Source: Mobula hypostoma | Taxonomy: Eukaryota | Length of the DNA stretch: 64,000 bases | Assembly (NCBI RefSeq): GCF_963921235.1 | Contig: NC_086108.1 | Location: 109,184,001 to 109,248,000 of the forward strand | Direction: 5' to 3' | Part shown: positions 1 to 13,301 of the stretch, piece after piece | Position numbering within the stretch: position 1 is the stretch's first letter | Layout: every line of letters begins with the position of its first letter | Made by a program: the position numbers and the translations under genes | Notes under the pieces: model-generated | The model's database searches: none | What the model saw: only the letters and a program-made list of their open reading frames with translations | Told to the model about the DNA's origin: nothing

Positions 1-1233
1 AGGATGAATAAAGAGGATGCAGTGGATGTTGAATATTTGGACTTTCAGAAGGCCTTTGACAAGGTGCCACGCATGAGGCTGCTTACCAAGTTAAGAGCCC
101 ATGGTATTAGAGGAAAGTTACTGGCATGGTTAGACTGTTGGCTGATTGGTAGGAGGCAGTGACTGGGAATAAAAGGGTCCTTTTCTGGTCAGTTGCCAGT
201 GTTAAGTGGTGGTCCACAGGAGTCAGTACTGGGACCACTTTTTTTTTATGCTGTATATATATAAGAGATTTAGATGATGGAATAGATGGCTTTGTTGCCA
301 AGTTTGCAGATGATACGAAGATTGGTGGAGGGGCAGGTAGTGTTGAGGAAACAGGTAGGCTGCAGAAGGACTTAGACAGATTAGGAGAATGGGCAAGAAA
401 GTGGCAAATGAAATACAATGCTGGAAAATGTGTGGTCATGCACGTAGATAGTAGAAATAAATGTGCAGACTATTTTCTAAATGGGGAGAGATCCAAAATC
501 TGAGATGTAGAGGGACTTGAGAGACCTTGTGCAGAACACCCTTAAGGTTAACTTGCAGATAGAGTTGGTGGTGAGGAAGGCAAATGCAATGTTGGCATTC
601 ATTTCTAAGAGGCCGAGAATATAAGAGCAAGGACGTGATGCCGAGGTTTTATAAGGCACTGGTGAGGCCTCACCTTGAGTTTTGTGAACAGTTTTGGGCT
701 CCTCATCTAAGAAAGGATGTGCTGGCATTGGAGAGGGTTCAGAGGTGTTTCACAAAAATGATTCTGGGAATGAAAGGGTTATCATACAAGGAACATGCGA
801 TAGCTAGGGTCTGTACTCGCTGGAATTTAAAATGAGGAGGGGTCTCATTGAAACCTTCCAATTGTTGAAAAGGCCTGGTCAGAATAGATGTGGAAAGGGT
901 GTTTCTTATAGTGAGGCAGTCTAAGACAAGAGTGCTCAGCCTCAGGATAGAGGGGCAGCCATTTAAAACAGAGATGCAGAGAAATTTCTTTAGCCAGAGG
1001 GTGGTGAATTTGTGAAATATGTTACCGCAGGCAGCTGTGGAGGCCAGGTTATTGGGTGTATTTAAGGCAGAAATTGATAGTTTCTTGATTGGACATGGCA
1101 TCAAACGTTACAGGGAGAGGGCTGGGGAGTGAGACTGAGGAAGAGAAAAAAGGATCAACCATGATTGAAAGGCAGAGCAGACTCTTTGGACGAAGGGTCT
1201 CACTCTGCTCCTGTGTCTTATGGTCTTATGGTT
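1..1233 (+). mobile_element. CR1 LINE 3' fragment (degenerate RT to tail)
   Basis: Translated fragments [23 protein letters not shown] and KALVRPHLE; ends in a (CTTATGGT)n-like tail; frameshifts and stops. Confidence 0.9.
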
Positions 1234-1383
1234 TTACATGGTCCAGACATAGGCAGATGGAACTCAGTTAGGAAGTAGGCAGTTTAAATGGTTCAGCACG
1301 GACCAGGTGGACTGAAAAGCTTGTTTCTGTGCTGTTTTTTTTTTGACTCTGTAATATATATTTAAAAAATTAGATAGGCACGT

Positions 1384-1868
1384 CAGAATCAGAATCAGGT
1401 TTAATATCACCAACATATGTCATGAGATTTGTTGTTTTGCAGCAGCAGTACACTGTAATACATAATAAAAGAAACTATAAATTATAAATGATATACAACA
1501 TATCTATAAAAAAATTAAATGCATGGTACAAAGGGAGAGAAAAAATGATGATGTAGTGTTTCTGGGTTCATTGTCCATTCAGAAATCTGATGGCAGTGAA
1601 GAAAAAGCTATTCGTGAAATGTTGAGTGTGTGCCTTCAGGCTGCTGGACCTCTTCCTTGATGGTAGCAATGAGAAGAGGGCACGTCCTGCATGATGGATG
1701 CTCCCTTTTTGAAGCACAGCTTTTTGAAGGTGTCCTCAGATCTGGGAGGCTAGTGCTCGTGATTGAGCTGACTGAGTTTACAACTTTCTGCAGCTTTTTC
1801 TGATCCTGTGCAGTGGCCCCTCCATGCCAGCCAGTGATACAGCCAGTTAGAATGGTCGCCATGGACAT
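1384..1868 (-). mobile_element. Rex1/Babar-like LINE 3' fragment
   Basis: ILTGCITGWHG...QDQKKLQKVV peptide; (GATTCT)n tail read as tcagaatcagaatc on +. Confidence 0.75.
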
Positions 1869-1894
1869 CTAAGATTGACCAGCGTAAGCAAGTT

Positions 1895-2326
1895 AATAGA
1901 CAATAGACAATAGGTTCAGGAGTAGGCCATTCAGCCCATCAAGCCAGCACCGCCATTCACTGTGATCATGGCTGATCATGCACAATCAGTATCCAGTTCC
2001 TGCCTTATCCCCATAACCTTTGATTCCGCTATCTCTAAGAGCTCTATCCATCTCTTTCTTGAAAGCATCCAGAGACTTGGCCTCCACAGCCTTCTGGGGC
2101 AGAGCATTCCACATATCCACCACTCTCTGGGCGAAAATGTTTTTCCTCAACTCCCTTCTAAATGGCCTACCCCTTATTCTTAAACTGTGGCCTCTGGTTC
2201 TGGACTCAGCCATCAGCGGGAACATGCTTCCTGCCTCCAGCGTGTCCAATCCTTTAATAATCTTATATGTTTCAATAAGATCCCCTCTCAGCCTTCTAAA
2301 TTCCAGAGTATACAAGCCCAGTTGCT
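1895..2326 (-). mobile_element. CR1 3' fragment, (TATTGTC)n-tail subfamily
   Basis: YTLEFRRLRGDLIETYKI...RTRGHSLRI; near-identical to 12133-12570 and 63227-63466. Confidence 0.9.
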
Positions 2327-2384
2327 CAAAGTAAATTTCTTATCAAAGTATGTGTATATAAGCATACACCTGCTTGAGATCCAT

Positions 2385-3246
2385 TTTCAAAGTTCAAAGA
2401 TTCAAAGTACATTTATTATCAAAAAGTTTGTATGCAGTATACAACCCTGAGATTCATCCTTCCACAGACAGCCATGAAGCAACAAAAAAGCACAGAACGT
2501 GTTCAAATAAAACTTCAAACACCCAATGCGAAAAAAAACGACCAAGTCATGCAAACGACAAAAAAACAAGTGAATAACACACAGAATATTAAACATGAAA
2601 CTGCAGTGCTCCTGAAATAGTCTTGGAATGTTCAGTTCAGTTCAATTTAGCTCTGTGTCGTTTGTTGACCGCAAGCCGTATTGCCAGTCCACCCCGATTA
2701 AAATCACGCAAGATAGCAATGGAAAAAGGAGTAATCAGATACACATATGACATGAGCTGCAGAATCCTCTAAAAACAAGGCCAATCCACAAACCATACTG
2801 ATCAAACTTTGCCTAAGTCCCAAGACTTTTGCCCTACAGCAGCGAGTGAGAGGGAAGAGAAAAAGGGAGACCAGTCAAACACACAAAGATGGCACTGAAA
2901 ACCTGCTTACCTTCCTCTATTGCCCTTGTTGATTTCCAGCTTACTCGACGCTTTAATCAGCAAGTTGGCTGAGAATTGGAGCCGATCATGGGTTCATGTT
3001 CCTCCATTAGGCTGCACACTCCATTCCCAACCTCGCTCTCAACCGTGCCAAATTCCCTCAGAGGCAGCAAAAGCACCAGATCATTCAGTCGGCCCAAAAA
3101 CACATGATCAAAATGTAAATTACAGGCTCCAATCACACATAGAGCAGTAGTAGAAGTATATTTGAAACAAGAAAGAGAAGAAGTGGTGCTGTGAACGGTC
3201 TGAAGGATGTCGTAGTTAGCTTCATTGATTGCTGGTACCATCTTGA
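2385..3246 (-). mobile_element. Non-coding element with CAAGATGG head and Rex1/Babar-type tail
   Basis: Minus strand starts caagatggta; ends ...ttgataataaatgtactttgaatctttgaactttga, like the tail of the LINE remnants at 42970 and 57745. Confidence 0.5.
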
Positions 3247-4213
3247 TAAGGATAAAGCCATTATTCACAGTAAACAAAGAACTGCAAAGGAATCAGTGAA
3301 AATCTACATACAAACAGAGACTGACTAACAGTGAATGTGCAAAATAAGACAAACTGTACAAATAAGATAAGCCAGTTTCTGTTCTGTATTACTCGTGGGC
3401 TCCTCAATGCAGACATTGGGATTTATCTCAGTAGATACGCACTTTGGCTCATTGCCACTAAGATCAACTTTGCTCAAGAGGGCGACCCGTAATGCTCACT
3501 TTTTGAATCAACATGTCCGAGCTCTCCCGGGGAAAGATATCTGTGTGGAAATCACATCGTTTGATGTTCACCTGATGTGGAAATTGCAGCTCCCCACAGG
3601 AAGTGCCCTCTCCAATTTCCTCAGAGACCCGTAATGATAGGGAAATGGCCTGTTCTCATGTTCCACTCTGGCAGCGCCTGTTTTCAATCATAAGCGTCTG
3701 AAACAAGCAGTGCACAATGATCAGGTTTCTTGTCACAAGTAGCCCATTCAGCTGGAAGTAGAAGTCATGCGGCCGCTATGATAGGCAGACAGCCCAGTCC
3801 ATCGCAATGTTTGGAAGCTCGTCACTAGATCTGACACAGGCTTATTTTTTTTATTTTTTATGATTTTATTTATTTTAGAGATATAGCACAGTAACAGGCC
3901 CTTGAGGCCCAACGAGCCCACAATGCCTGATTACATCCATGTGACCAATTAACCTGCTAGCCTGTCCTGGCTGGAGGCCTGACTGTGTGTCTGAGTATAT
4001 GGGTGGGAGAGAGGGAGGAAGAAAGCTTGCTGTGCTGTTGTTGCTTTGTTTTGTTGGTGTTGTAGTCCTGTTATTGTGTTGTTCTGCTGAACTTTGTGGG
4101 CATGGTATTTTGGGGCCAGACCATGTGCTGATGCTTACAGACTACCTTCAGCACATCCTTGGGTTTTATTGGTTGTTAACGCAAACTATACATTCGGTTA
4201 TGTGTTTTATTTA

Positions 4214-4945
4214 GACCATCCAACAATAAGACATAGAAGCAGAGTTAGGCCATTCAACCCATCGAGTCTCCTCCACCATTCTATCCTGGCTGATTTATTA
4301 TCCCTCCCAACTCCATTCTCCTATCGTCTCCCTGATCAGTTCTTAACTAATCAATAACTTAGCAACCTCCTCTTTAAATGTACCCAATGTCTTGGTCTTC
4401 ACTGCCATCTGTGGCAATGAACTCCACAGATTCACCACCCTCTGGCTAAAGAAATTCCTCCTCATCTCTGTTCGAAATGGACATTCCTCTATTCTGAGAC
4501 TGCATCCTCTGGTACCTAGACTCACCCACTATAGGGAACATGCTCTCCACATCCACTCTATCCAGGCCTTTGGATGAGGCTTCAAGAATATCTCCCTCAT
4601 TCTTCCAAACGCCAGGGAGCACAGGCCAGGACCCATCAAACACTCCCCATACTTTAACCCTTTCGTTCCCAGAATCATTCTCATGAACATCCTCTGAACC
4701 TTCTCCAATGCCAGCACATCTTTTCTTAGAAAAATACTCCAAGTGCAGTCTGACCAATGCCTTGTAAAGCCTCAGCTTTACATCCTTGCTTTTGTATTTC
4801 GTTCCCTTCAAAATGTGTGCTAACATTGCATTTGCCTTCCTTAACAGTAACTCAACTGTCAAGTTAACCTTTGGGAATCCTGCACAAGGATTCCCAAGTT
4901 CCTTTACACTTCTGATAAGTTTTAACTTTATCTCCATTTAGAAAA
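4214..4945 (-). mobile_element. CR1 3' fragment, degenerate
   Basis: KANAMLA, RLYKALVRLHLEY and RNFFSQRVVNLW motifs. Confidence 0.85.
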
Positions 4946-5142
4946 TTGTGTAATCTTTATTCATAGATGCTACCTGACTTGCTGAGTGCTTCCAGCATTT
5001 TGTGTGCATTGCCCAAAAGTCACTTGGACATGTCTGGTACATGGAAGGAACATTTTAGAGCAAGAGTTCCCAGTCTGGGGCTCTTAACCCCTCAGTTAAT
5101 GCTAATAGTCCTTTGCATAAAAATGGTTGGGAACCCATGGTT

Positions 5143-5982
5143 TCAGATGGCGCTACCACAGATGTGCGACAGCTTACTGGTAAATAATGTTCAGAGATTC
5201 AACTAAAAATGTTACTTATAAAAACTTTGCTGAAGCAAGTTGTGGTGAACTATCGCCGCAGACAGTGAGGAGGCAGGCAAATGTGAGGCTGGTTCAGGGG
5301 ACGAGCCGTGCCGGGTCATTACGAGACGTGACGTGTTCAAGCAGCCGGGATCACAGATGGAGGTCATATCACTCTCGGAGATGGAGTGAGCGATTTGGAG
5401 GGGAGTTGATGACTGTCCACCTAAACCGGCTGGAAGGTTGGATCGCTCCAAGCGCCGAGCTAATTTGATGAGATCAAGAACGGCTTCGGGCTCAGCAGAC
5501 CGGGATTCACAGTGACTGGATTCAGGCACTAGAACGTGGCATTGCTCAGTGTATTGACAATTTAAACACCAGATAGACTGAAAGCTCAAGAGTCAGGATG
5601 ATTCTGCCTCCTTGCCTGTGAATGTTCATTCCTTTGTCCGCTGCACGGAGGCTGCGAATTAATATGACTGCTGTGCATTTCTGAACTTCTGGTGTGATGA
5701 ACCGGGGAATGAGGCTAGGCTTGGACCGACTCCAGCTGCTGCAGGAGTGGCTCTGGGACTCAGTTTGGTTCGGGATGCTGTTCGTTTTCTTCCATTGTTT
5801 GCGTGATTTGTGTGTGTGTGTTTTTTCTCTCTCTCTTTTTCTGTGCAGTGGTTTTTGGTCTTTTTTCAATTGGGTTATTCAGGTCTCTTGCTTTGTGGCT
5901 GCCTGTAAGCAGACAAATTTCAAGGTATAGAATTTATACATTCTTTGATAATAAATGTGCTTTGAAACTTCGAATCTTTGAA
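5143..5982 (+). mobile_element. Non-coding element with AGATGGCG head and Rex1/Babar-type tail
   Basis: cagatggcgc head, CpG-retaining body, tail ctttgataataaatgtgctttgaa. Confidence 0.5.
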
Positions 5983-6113
5983 AGGAGAGGTAACAGGGGA
6001 CAAGCTTCGATAGAAAGTTGGGTCAGCTTGAGCCTGTTAGGCTGAAGAGCCTGTTTCTGCATCGTATTACTCTCTGACAGAAAATGGAAAAGAATAAATC
6101 AATTGAATTAATG

Positions 6114-7413
6114 GAGGGAGGAGAAGATGGCGGCGCGACACAGCGCGCGCGGCCTCTCTGGTGAAATGATATGGTATTTGTTAAATAGGGGCTGTGCACA
6201 ATCCTGATTTGATGGAGACGGACGTGAGATGCAGGAAGGAACGTCTGGAGAAACTTCTGAAATGCCCAGTTCGCTGCCGCTGCTACTGTGCGATCGAGAA
6301 TCTCCGGAGGGGAAGGCCCCAAATCCTCGGCTTTGCCTGTTGCTGACGGCCGGGGCTGGGGTCGAAGCGCTCGGCAGAGATGGTGCTCGGTGCTCGGTGT
6401 CAGAGGGCTGGTCGGAAGCTCGAAGTTTTCAGACAGATTGAGAGTCAGCTGTGGTCGGGTGCTTCCAGGATACTGCATCGGCAAGTTTGCGGCACTGGAA
6501 GCTCATGGCAGAGAGAGTTTTCTTCCTTCTACTGTTTGCGTGAGATGTTGGGAATTTTGAGAGACTTTGAGACATTGTTTACCGTGCCCATAGTCTATTC
6601 TTATAGCCATAGTCATAGTCATCATCATACTTTATTGATCCTGGAGGAAGTTGTTTTTTGTTACAGTTGCCCATAAATAATAATTAGTAATAAAACCATA
6701 AATAGTTAAATAGTAATACATAAATTATGTCAGGAAATAAGTCCAGGACCAGCCTATCGGCTCAGGGTGTCTGACCCTCCAAGGGAGGAGTTGTAAAGTT
6801 TGATGGCCACAGGCAGGAATGGCTTCCTATGACGCTCTGTGTTGCATCTCGGTGGAATGAGTCTCTGGCTGAATGTACTCCTGTGCCCACCCAGTACATT
6901 ATGTAGTGGATGGGAGACATTGTCCAAGATGGCATGCAACATGGATAGCATCCTCTTTTCAGACACCACCGTCAGAGAGTCTAGTTCCATCCCCACAAAA
7001 GCACTGACCTTCCGAATGAGGTTGTTGATTCTGTTGGTGTCTACTACCCTCAGCCTGCTGCCCCAGCACACAACAGAAAACATGATCGCACGGGCCACCA
7101 CAGACTTGTAGAACATCCTCAGCATCGTCCGATGTTAAAGGACCTCAGTCTCCTCAGGAAATAGAGACGGCTCTGACCCTTCTTGTAGACAGCCTCAGTG
7201 TTCTTTGACCAGTCCAGTTTATTCTTCTATCAAATTATGGTATTGCTTGCACTGTTGTAACTATATGTTATAATTATGTGGTTTTTGTCAGTTTTCCGGT
7301 CTTGGTCTGTCTTGTGTTTCTGTGATATCACACTGAAGGAACATTGTATCATTTCTTAATGCATGCATTACTAAATGACAATAAAAGAGGACTGCGTGTC
7401 CTCATAGTCTAAT
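6114..7413 (+). mobile_element. Non-coding element with AAGATGGCGGC head and LINE tail, interrupted at 6605-7222
   Basis: CpG-rich head gaagatggcggcgcg; tail 7230-7413 matches the reverse complement of 48453-48655. Confidence 0.55.
6605..7222 (-). mobile_element. Rex1/Babar-like LINE 3' fragment (nested)
   Basis: LRMFYKSVVARAIMFSVVCWG...HPLH...CNTERHRKPFLPVAIKLYN; short tandem tail; flanked by tattctt direct repeats. Confidence 0.8.
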
Positions 7414-7997
7414 TATCCTATTGTCAGTACCATGACTCTTGGGTTGAACTGGGGGGTTGTCTGAATTCATTTTTCCCTCTTGTGTCTCATGCAAAGGTTT
7501 CAAAAAGTCTTGCTGCAATGTTAATTATTTTTAAAATATCTTCTTTAATGTGTTTCCAGTGAGTAATTTGCATAAGTTAGGATAGAGATTGTTCATGAGT
7601 GTACAGACATCTGTCCAGCAGTCACGTCTGTAAACCTTGGCTATGTATCGACAGAATGATTTTTTATGCGTTATTACTTAACCACGTACCATTCTCAAAT
7701 GTGACAGTACCCTGTTTTTAAACAGAGACCACCTACGAAGTTTTAGCTCAAAACTGTCAGGAAACAAATCTGGCTCGATAATTTGATCAAAAGTACCATA
7801 TGTAGAGTTCAATGAATTCACAGTGGAATTTAAATGGAAGAAAAATTGTAAGTTGTGCTTTCTCCACCTTTGATTAAGGCCTCTTGAATAGGGAATCCTG
7901 TAGAATAACTGGTTGTTCTGCCAGAATTTGAGATGTTGATCTTTCTGTAACAAGGGTATTGCAACCATGGTAGATTTATAGAAAGATACAACATGCC

Positions 7998-8140
7998 ATC
8001 ATGGTAGTGTAGTGGTTAGCATGACCGTATTATAGCTCAGAGTCATTCGGGAGTTTGTAGTTCAACTCCAGCGCTGGCTGTGAGGAGTTTGTACATTCTC
8101 CCTTTGAACACGTGTGGGTTTCCTCCACAGTCCAAAGGCT
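7998..8140 (+). mobile_element. HE1/V-SINE-like tRNA-derived SINE, 3' truncated
   Basis: A-box-like tagtgtagtgg, B-box-like agttcaactcc, then gagtttgtacattctccc...gtgggtttcctcc. Confidence 0.65.
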
Positions 8141-8146
8141 TACGAA

Positions 8147-8455
8147 TACTTAGACTCTCTGCCGATACACTTTGGCGTTTATCTACCAGGGATGTAATTG
8201 CCGAAACCAGCTCAGAATTTTCACTACCCACTGAAGGACCTATTAGACCTTTCACATCAAACAACTCCTTCCCCTCACTTTGTAGAAATGAGAACAACTT
8301 GTCCTTAAAGTCTTCACCCTCAGCAACTTACAATTTCTCTTAAACATCTTCACCCTCAGTTTCATACCCCCGTCTCTGAAAATATGGACTGTCCATGGCA
8401 TTGCCTCTCCGGGTGTCCCCACCCTAGCACAACTTCAGTCACATCACTGATAGTT
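8147..8455 (-). mobile_element. Gypsy LTR gag (PNMA-like N-terminal region) remnant
   Basis: Broken translation VGTPGEAMPWTVHIF...EDFKDKLFSFLQSEGK...SELVSAITSLVDK resembles PNMA-type Gag. Confidence 0.5.
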
Positions 8456-8679
8456 GTAGGGTACTAACTGTGGGGGACTTAAGGCCCCTGTACCTCCTCC
8501 CTGATGTTAATAGCGAGATGGCCTGGATGGTAGAGGTCCTTGATGATAGATAGTGCTTTCTTGTGTCACACTCCATGGTCAGGGTTGAGCTTGAATCTCC
8601 AGCACTGGGGAGCAGTGGTCGACTAACTGTGCAGTGTGTTTCATTCCACTTTTCTTCAAAGTTTCCTGTGGGCAGTGAG

Positions 8680-9240
8680 GCCCTCGGCTGGACAGGGTTG
8701 GCCATGGATATTGCATCCCAGCATTTTACATGATATGCAAGCCAGGACAACATGATATAAAGAGAAAGCTGTTGTCCATGTAGCATGATTACCCCCGCCA
8801 TGTAGCTGATGAATCCAACGGAAAAACAGAGGCTGATACGGTTTAGCACCAGTGGCATCTCTGGAGTTGCTAGTCAATGTGGAACTCAACATAAGACGGC
8901 CTTAGGGTCTCCAGTTCCAGATTTTTCCTCAGAGTTTACTCCCAAAGCCTTCCCCATGAGTGGGTATAGCCACAAGGCAATGGAGATTTAAGATCAGATT
9001 TTTCCTTCTCCTAAATGAGCTGCCAAACACAGCTAACAAGCCCCACCTGCCCAAAGCGACTGGATTTAAGGCACCAGTAACTTGCCTTTGTCCCTTCTCC
9101 TATCGGTAGAAATGGTTCCACTGGGCTTAGAAAGTCAGCCACGTGTGAAGGCCAGGAGTTGGACTCGGTTGTCAGAGGCTATTTGAGGCACATTCCATTG
9201 AGAGCATTTAATAGGTAGTGGGAGCTTGTCCCCACCACCC
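8680..9240 (-). mobile_element. RTE-related non-autonomous repeat
   Basis: Homologous to 51767-52128 (tttactcccaaagccttccccatgagtgggtatagcc shared). Confidence 0.5.
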
Positions 9241-9396
9241 CCCACCCCAGATATAACAACCTTAAAGATCCTGTGGGCTGTGACTGCATTGGAACAAAGA
9301 CCATAAGACCATCAGACACAGGAACAGAATTATGCCATTTGGTCCTTTGAGTCTGCTGTGCCCTTCCATCATGGCTGGCTGTGCTGGCCTCCAAGA

Positions 9397-9550
9397 GGAC
9401 CACAATCCTGATTTGGTTTGGAGGCTTGTGTGCCTCATTGCCCCAGAGAGCTGTGCTGGCTGCAGACAGGGCTTTATGCTTTGGGCCTTGGTGTGGTCAC
9501 CCATGCCAAACAGGTCAAAAGGTAGAGGCCATGCTAGAAGTGGTCCACTA
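9397..9550 (+). mobile_element. RTE/Expander-like 5' UTR fragment
   Basis: ggtttggaggcttg...ggtcacccatgccaaacaggtc; diverged inverted copy at 11620-11730. Confidence 0.5.
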
Positions 9551-9569
9551 CTCCTGCAGGTTCAGTGGA

Positions 9570-10908
9570 TTCTCATAAGGCATGCTCCCCAATCCAGGCA
9601 ACATCCTTGTAAATCTTCTCTGCACCCTTTCTATGGCTTCCACATCCTTCCTGTAGTGAGGCGACCAGAACTGAGCACAGCACTCCAAGTGGGGTCTGAC
9701 CAGGGTCCTATATAGCTGTAACATTACCTCTCGCCTCTTAAACTCAATCCCACAGTTGATGAAGGCCAATGCACCATATGCCTTCTTAACCACAGAGTCA
9801 ACCTGCGTAGCAGCTTTGAGTGTCCTATGGACTCAGACCCCAAGATCCCTCTGATCCTCCACACTGTCAAGAATCTTACCATTAATGCTATATCCTGCCA
9901 TCATATTTGACCGAGCAAAATTAACCACCTCACACTTATCTGGGTTAAACTCCATCTGTCACTTCCCAGCCCAGTTTTACATCTTATCAATGTCACATTG
10001 TAACCTCTGACAGCCCTCTATACTATCCACAACACCCCCAACCTTTGTGTCATCAGCAAATTTACTAAACCATCCCTCCACTTCCTCATCCAGGTCATTT
10101 ATAAAAATCACAAAGAGTAGGGGTCCCAGAACAGATCCTTGAGGCACACCACTGGTCACCAGCCTCCATGCAGAATGTGACCCATCTACAACCACTCTTT
10201 GCCTTCTGTGGGCAAGCCAGTTCTGGATCCTCAAAGCAATGTCCTCTTGGATCCCATGCCTCCTTACTTTCTCAATAAGTCTTGCATGGGGTACCTTATC
10301 AAATGCCTTGCTGAAATCCATATAGAGTACATCTACGGCTCTACCTTCACCAATCTGTTTAGTCGCATCCTTAAAAAATTCAATCAGGCTCATAAGGCAT
10401 GACCTGCCTTTGACAAAGCTGTGCTGACTATTCCTAATCATATTATGCCGCTCCAAGTGTTCATAAATCCTGCCTTTCAGGATCTTCTCCATCAACTTAC
10501 CAGCCACTGAAGTAAGAATCACTGGTCTATAATTTCCTGGGCTATTCCTGCCCACTTTCTTGAATAAGGGAACAACATCCTCAACCCTCCAATCCTCCAG
10601 AACCTCTCCCATCCTCATTGATCGTGCAAAGATTATCGCCAGAGGCTCAGCAATCTCCTCCCTTGCTTCCCACAGTAGCCTGGGGTACATCCCATTTGGT
10701 CCTGATGACTTATCCAACTTGATGCTTTCCAAAAGCTCCAGCACATCCTCTTCCTTAATATCTACATGTTCAAGCTTTTCAGTTCACTGCAAGTCATCCC
10801 TACAATCGCCAGGATCCTTTTCCATAGTGAATACTGAAGCAAAGTATTCATTAAGAACCTCTGCTATTTCCTCCGGTTCCATACACACTTTTCCTATGTC
10901 ACACCTGG
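9570..10908 (-). mobile_element. CR1 ORF2 RT fragment
   Basis: [26 protein letters not shown] and KFADDTK motifs. Confidence 0.9.
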
Positions 10909-10924
10909 TTATGGGTGTGCCCCG

Positions 10925-11185
10925 ATGAATCAAAGATCTATCAACCTCTGCCCTAAATATATCAATGACTTGTCCTCCACAGCTGCCTGTGGCAACAAAT
11001 TCCACAGATTCACCACCCTCTGGCTAAAGAAATTTCTCCTCATCTCCCTTCTAAAAGGATGCCCCTCTATTCTGAAGCTGTGTCCTCTGGTCTTACACTC
11101 CCCGACCACAGGATACATCTTCTCTGCATCCACTCTACCAAGACCTTTCACCATTCAACAGGTTTCAATGAGGTCTCCCCTTCAA
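10925..11185 (-). mobile_element. CR1 3' fragment
   Basis: TRGHSFRIEG...RNFFSQRVVNLWN. Confidence 0.85.
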
Positions 11186-11189
11186 TAAG

Positions 11190-11610
11190 GAGGGTAGTAA
11201 AAGCTTCTTCACGTATGTGAAAAGGAAAAAAATAGTTAAGACCAAAATTGGGCCCTTGAAGACAGAAGCGGGTGAATTTATTATGGGGAACAAGGAACAA
11301 GGAAATGGCAGAGAAGTTGAACAGGTACTTTGGATCTGTCTTCACTAGGGAAGACACAAACAATCTCCCAGATGTAGTAGTGGCCAAAGGACCTAGGGTA
11401 ATGGATGAATTGAAGGAAATTTATATTAAGCAGGAAATGGTGTTGGATAGGCTGTTGGGTCTGAAGGCTGATAAGTCCCCAGGACCTGATGGTCTGCATC
11501 CCAGGGTACTTAAGGAGGTGGCTTTAGAAAACGTGGATGCATTGGTAATCATTTTCCAATGTTCTATAGATTCAGGATCAGTTCCTGTGGATTGGAGGGT
11601 GGCTAATGTT
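11190..11610 (+). mobile_element. CR1 ORF2 linker fragment
   Basis: LNRYFGSVFT...DKSPGPDGLHPRVLKE...DWRVANV. Confidence 0.85.
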
Positions 11611-12132
11611 GAACTATGTGACATGGGTGACACTACCAAGAGCAAAAGCCTAAAGCCCTGACACTAGCCAGCACAGCTCTCCTGCTCACTGAGGGATGCA
11701 AGCCTCCAAACCATGACAAAGTTGTGGTCCGCTTGGAGAGTCCATGATTAAGCTTGGGTTAAATCAAGGGTTGCTGGGCGGTGCAGCTTGGCTTGAAGTG
11801 CTGGAAAGGTCTGTTCCATGCTGTATCTCTAAATAAATGAGATTAAATAATTATTCCAGATCTGATCTGTACAAGCAGTACGCGTGAAGCCTCCATTGGT
11901 CAGGGTTGACCATGGACTGGGGGGGCAGTCTGGCTTATTCTGATTGTCAAAATTCATTTCCATCATGACTGCTGAGTTTAGACATTGCAGCTGCTTTTCC
12001 AAATTGGTTAGTTGCCTGGTGTCCAGTTTCAAATATCCTGGGTATATAGAGAGCACATGTGAGAGGTTCTCTTTTTGTTTAAGGCACACACTGCACATGG
12101 ACATTGGGAAGGTATGCTTTACACGTGCTTTT

Positions 12133-13140
12133 AATAGACAATAGACAATAGACAACAGGTGTAGGAGTAGGCCATTTGGCCCTTCAAGCCAGCACTGCCA
12201 TTCACTGTGATCATGGCTGATCATCCACAATCAGTATCCAGTTCCTGCCTTATCCCCATAACCTTTGATTCCACTATCTTTAAGAGTTCTATCCATCTCT
12301 TTCTTGAAAACATCCAGAGACTTGGCCTCCACAGCCTTCTGGGGCAGAGCATTCCACACATCCACCACTCTCTGGGTGAAAAAGTTTTTCCTCAACTCCG
12401 TTCTAAATGGCCTACCCCTTATTCTTAAACTGTGGCCTCTGGTTCTGGACTCATCCATCAGCGGGAACATGCTTCCTGCCTCCAGCGTGTCAAATCCCTT
12501 AATAATCTTATATGTTTCAATAAGATCCCCTCTCAGCCTTCTAAATTCCAGAGTATACAAGCCCAGTTGCTACAATCCTTCGACATATGACAGTCCCGCC
12601 ATCCCGGGAATTAACCTACGCTGCACTCCCTCAATAGCAAGAATGTCCTTCCTCAAATTTGGAGACCAAAACTGCACAGAGTACTCCAGGTGTGGTCTCA
12701 CCAGGGCCCTGTACAGCTGCAGAAGGACCTCTTTGCTCTTATACTCAATTCCCCTTGTTATGAAGGCCAGCATGCCATTAGCTTTCTTCACAGCCTGCTG
12801 AACTTGCATGCTTGCTTTCAGTGACTGATGTACAAGAACACCTAGATCTCGTTGTACTTCCCCTTTTCCTAACTTGACCCCATTTAGATAATAATCTGCC
12901 TTCCTGTTCTTACCACCGAAGTGGATAACCTCACATTTATCTGCATTAAACTGCATCTGCCATGCATCTGCCCATTCATCCAGCCTGCCCAAGTCACCCT
13001 GCATTCTCATAACATCTTCCTCACATTTCGCACTGCCACCCAGCCTTATGTCATCGGCAAATTTGCTAATGTTACTTTTAATTCCCTCATCTAAATCATT
13101 AATATATATTGTAAACAGCTGTGTTCCCAGCACAGAACCC
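12133..13140 (-). mobile_element. CR1 5'-truncated copy, (TATTGTC)n tail
   Basis: RT C-terminal half plus 3' UTR and tail. Confidence 0.9.
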
Positions 13141-13301
13141 CGTGGTCTATTAATCCTGTTTACAGTTGCTATTCTATAGATTTGCTAAGTATGCCCACAG
13201 ATAAAGCATCTCATGGTTGTATGTGGGGCATGTATGTACTCTGATAATAAATTTTACTTGAATTTTGAACTTCTCCCTATAACTTTTATGCCCTTACTAA
13301 T

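Noticed and set aside
7726..7847. Apparent exon between tttttaaacag and gtaagt
   Set aside because: All three plus-strand frames contain stops and the antisense 96 aa ORF has no recognisable motif
9397..11730. Inverted repeats as possible TIRs of a composite transposon
   Set aside because: Visibly diverged copies of a dispersed RTE-like 5' fragment; no TSD seen
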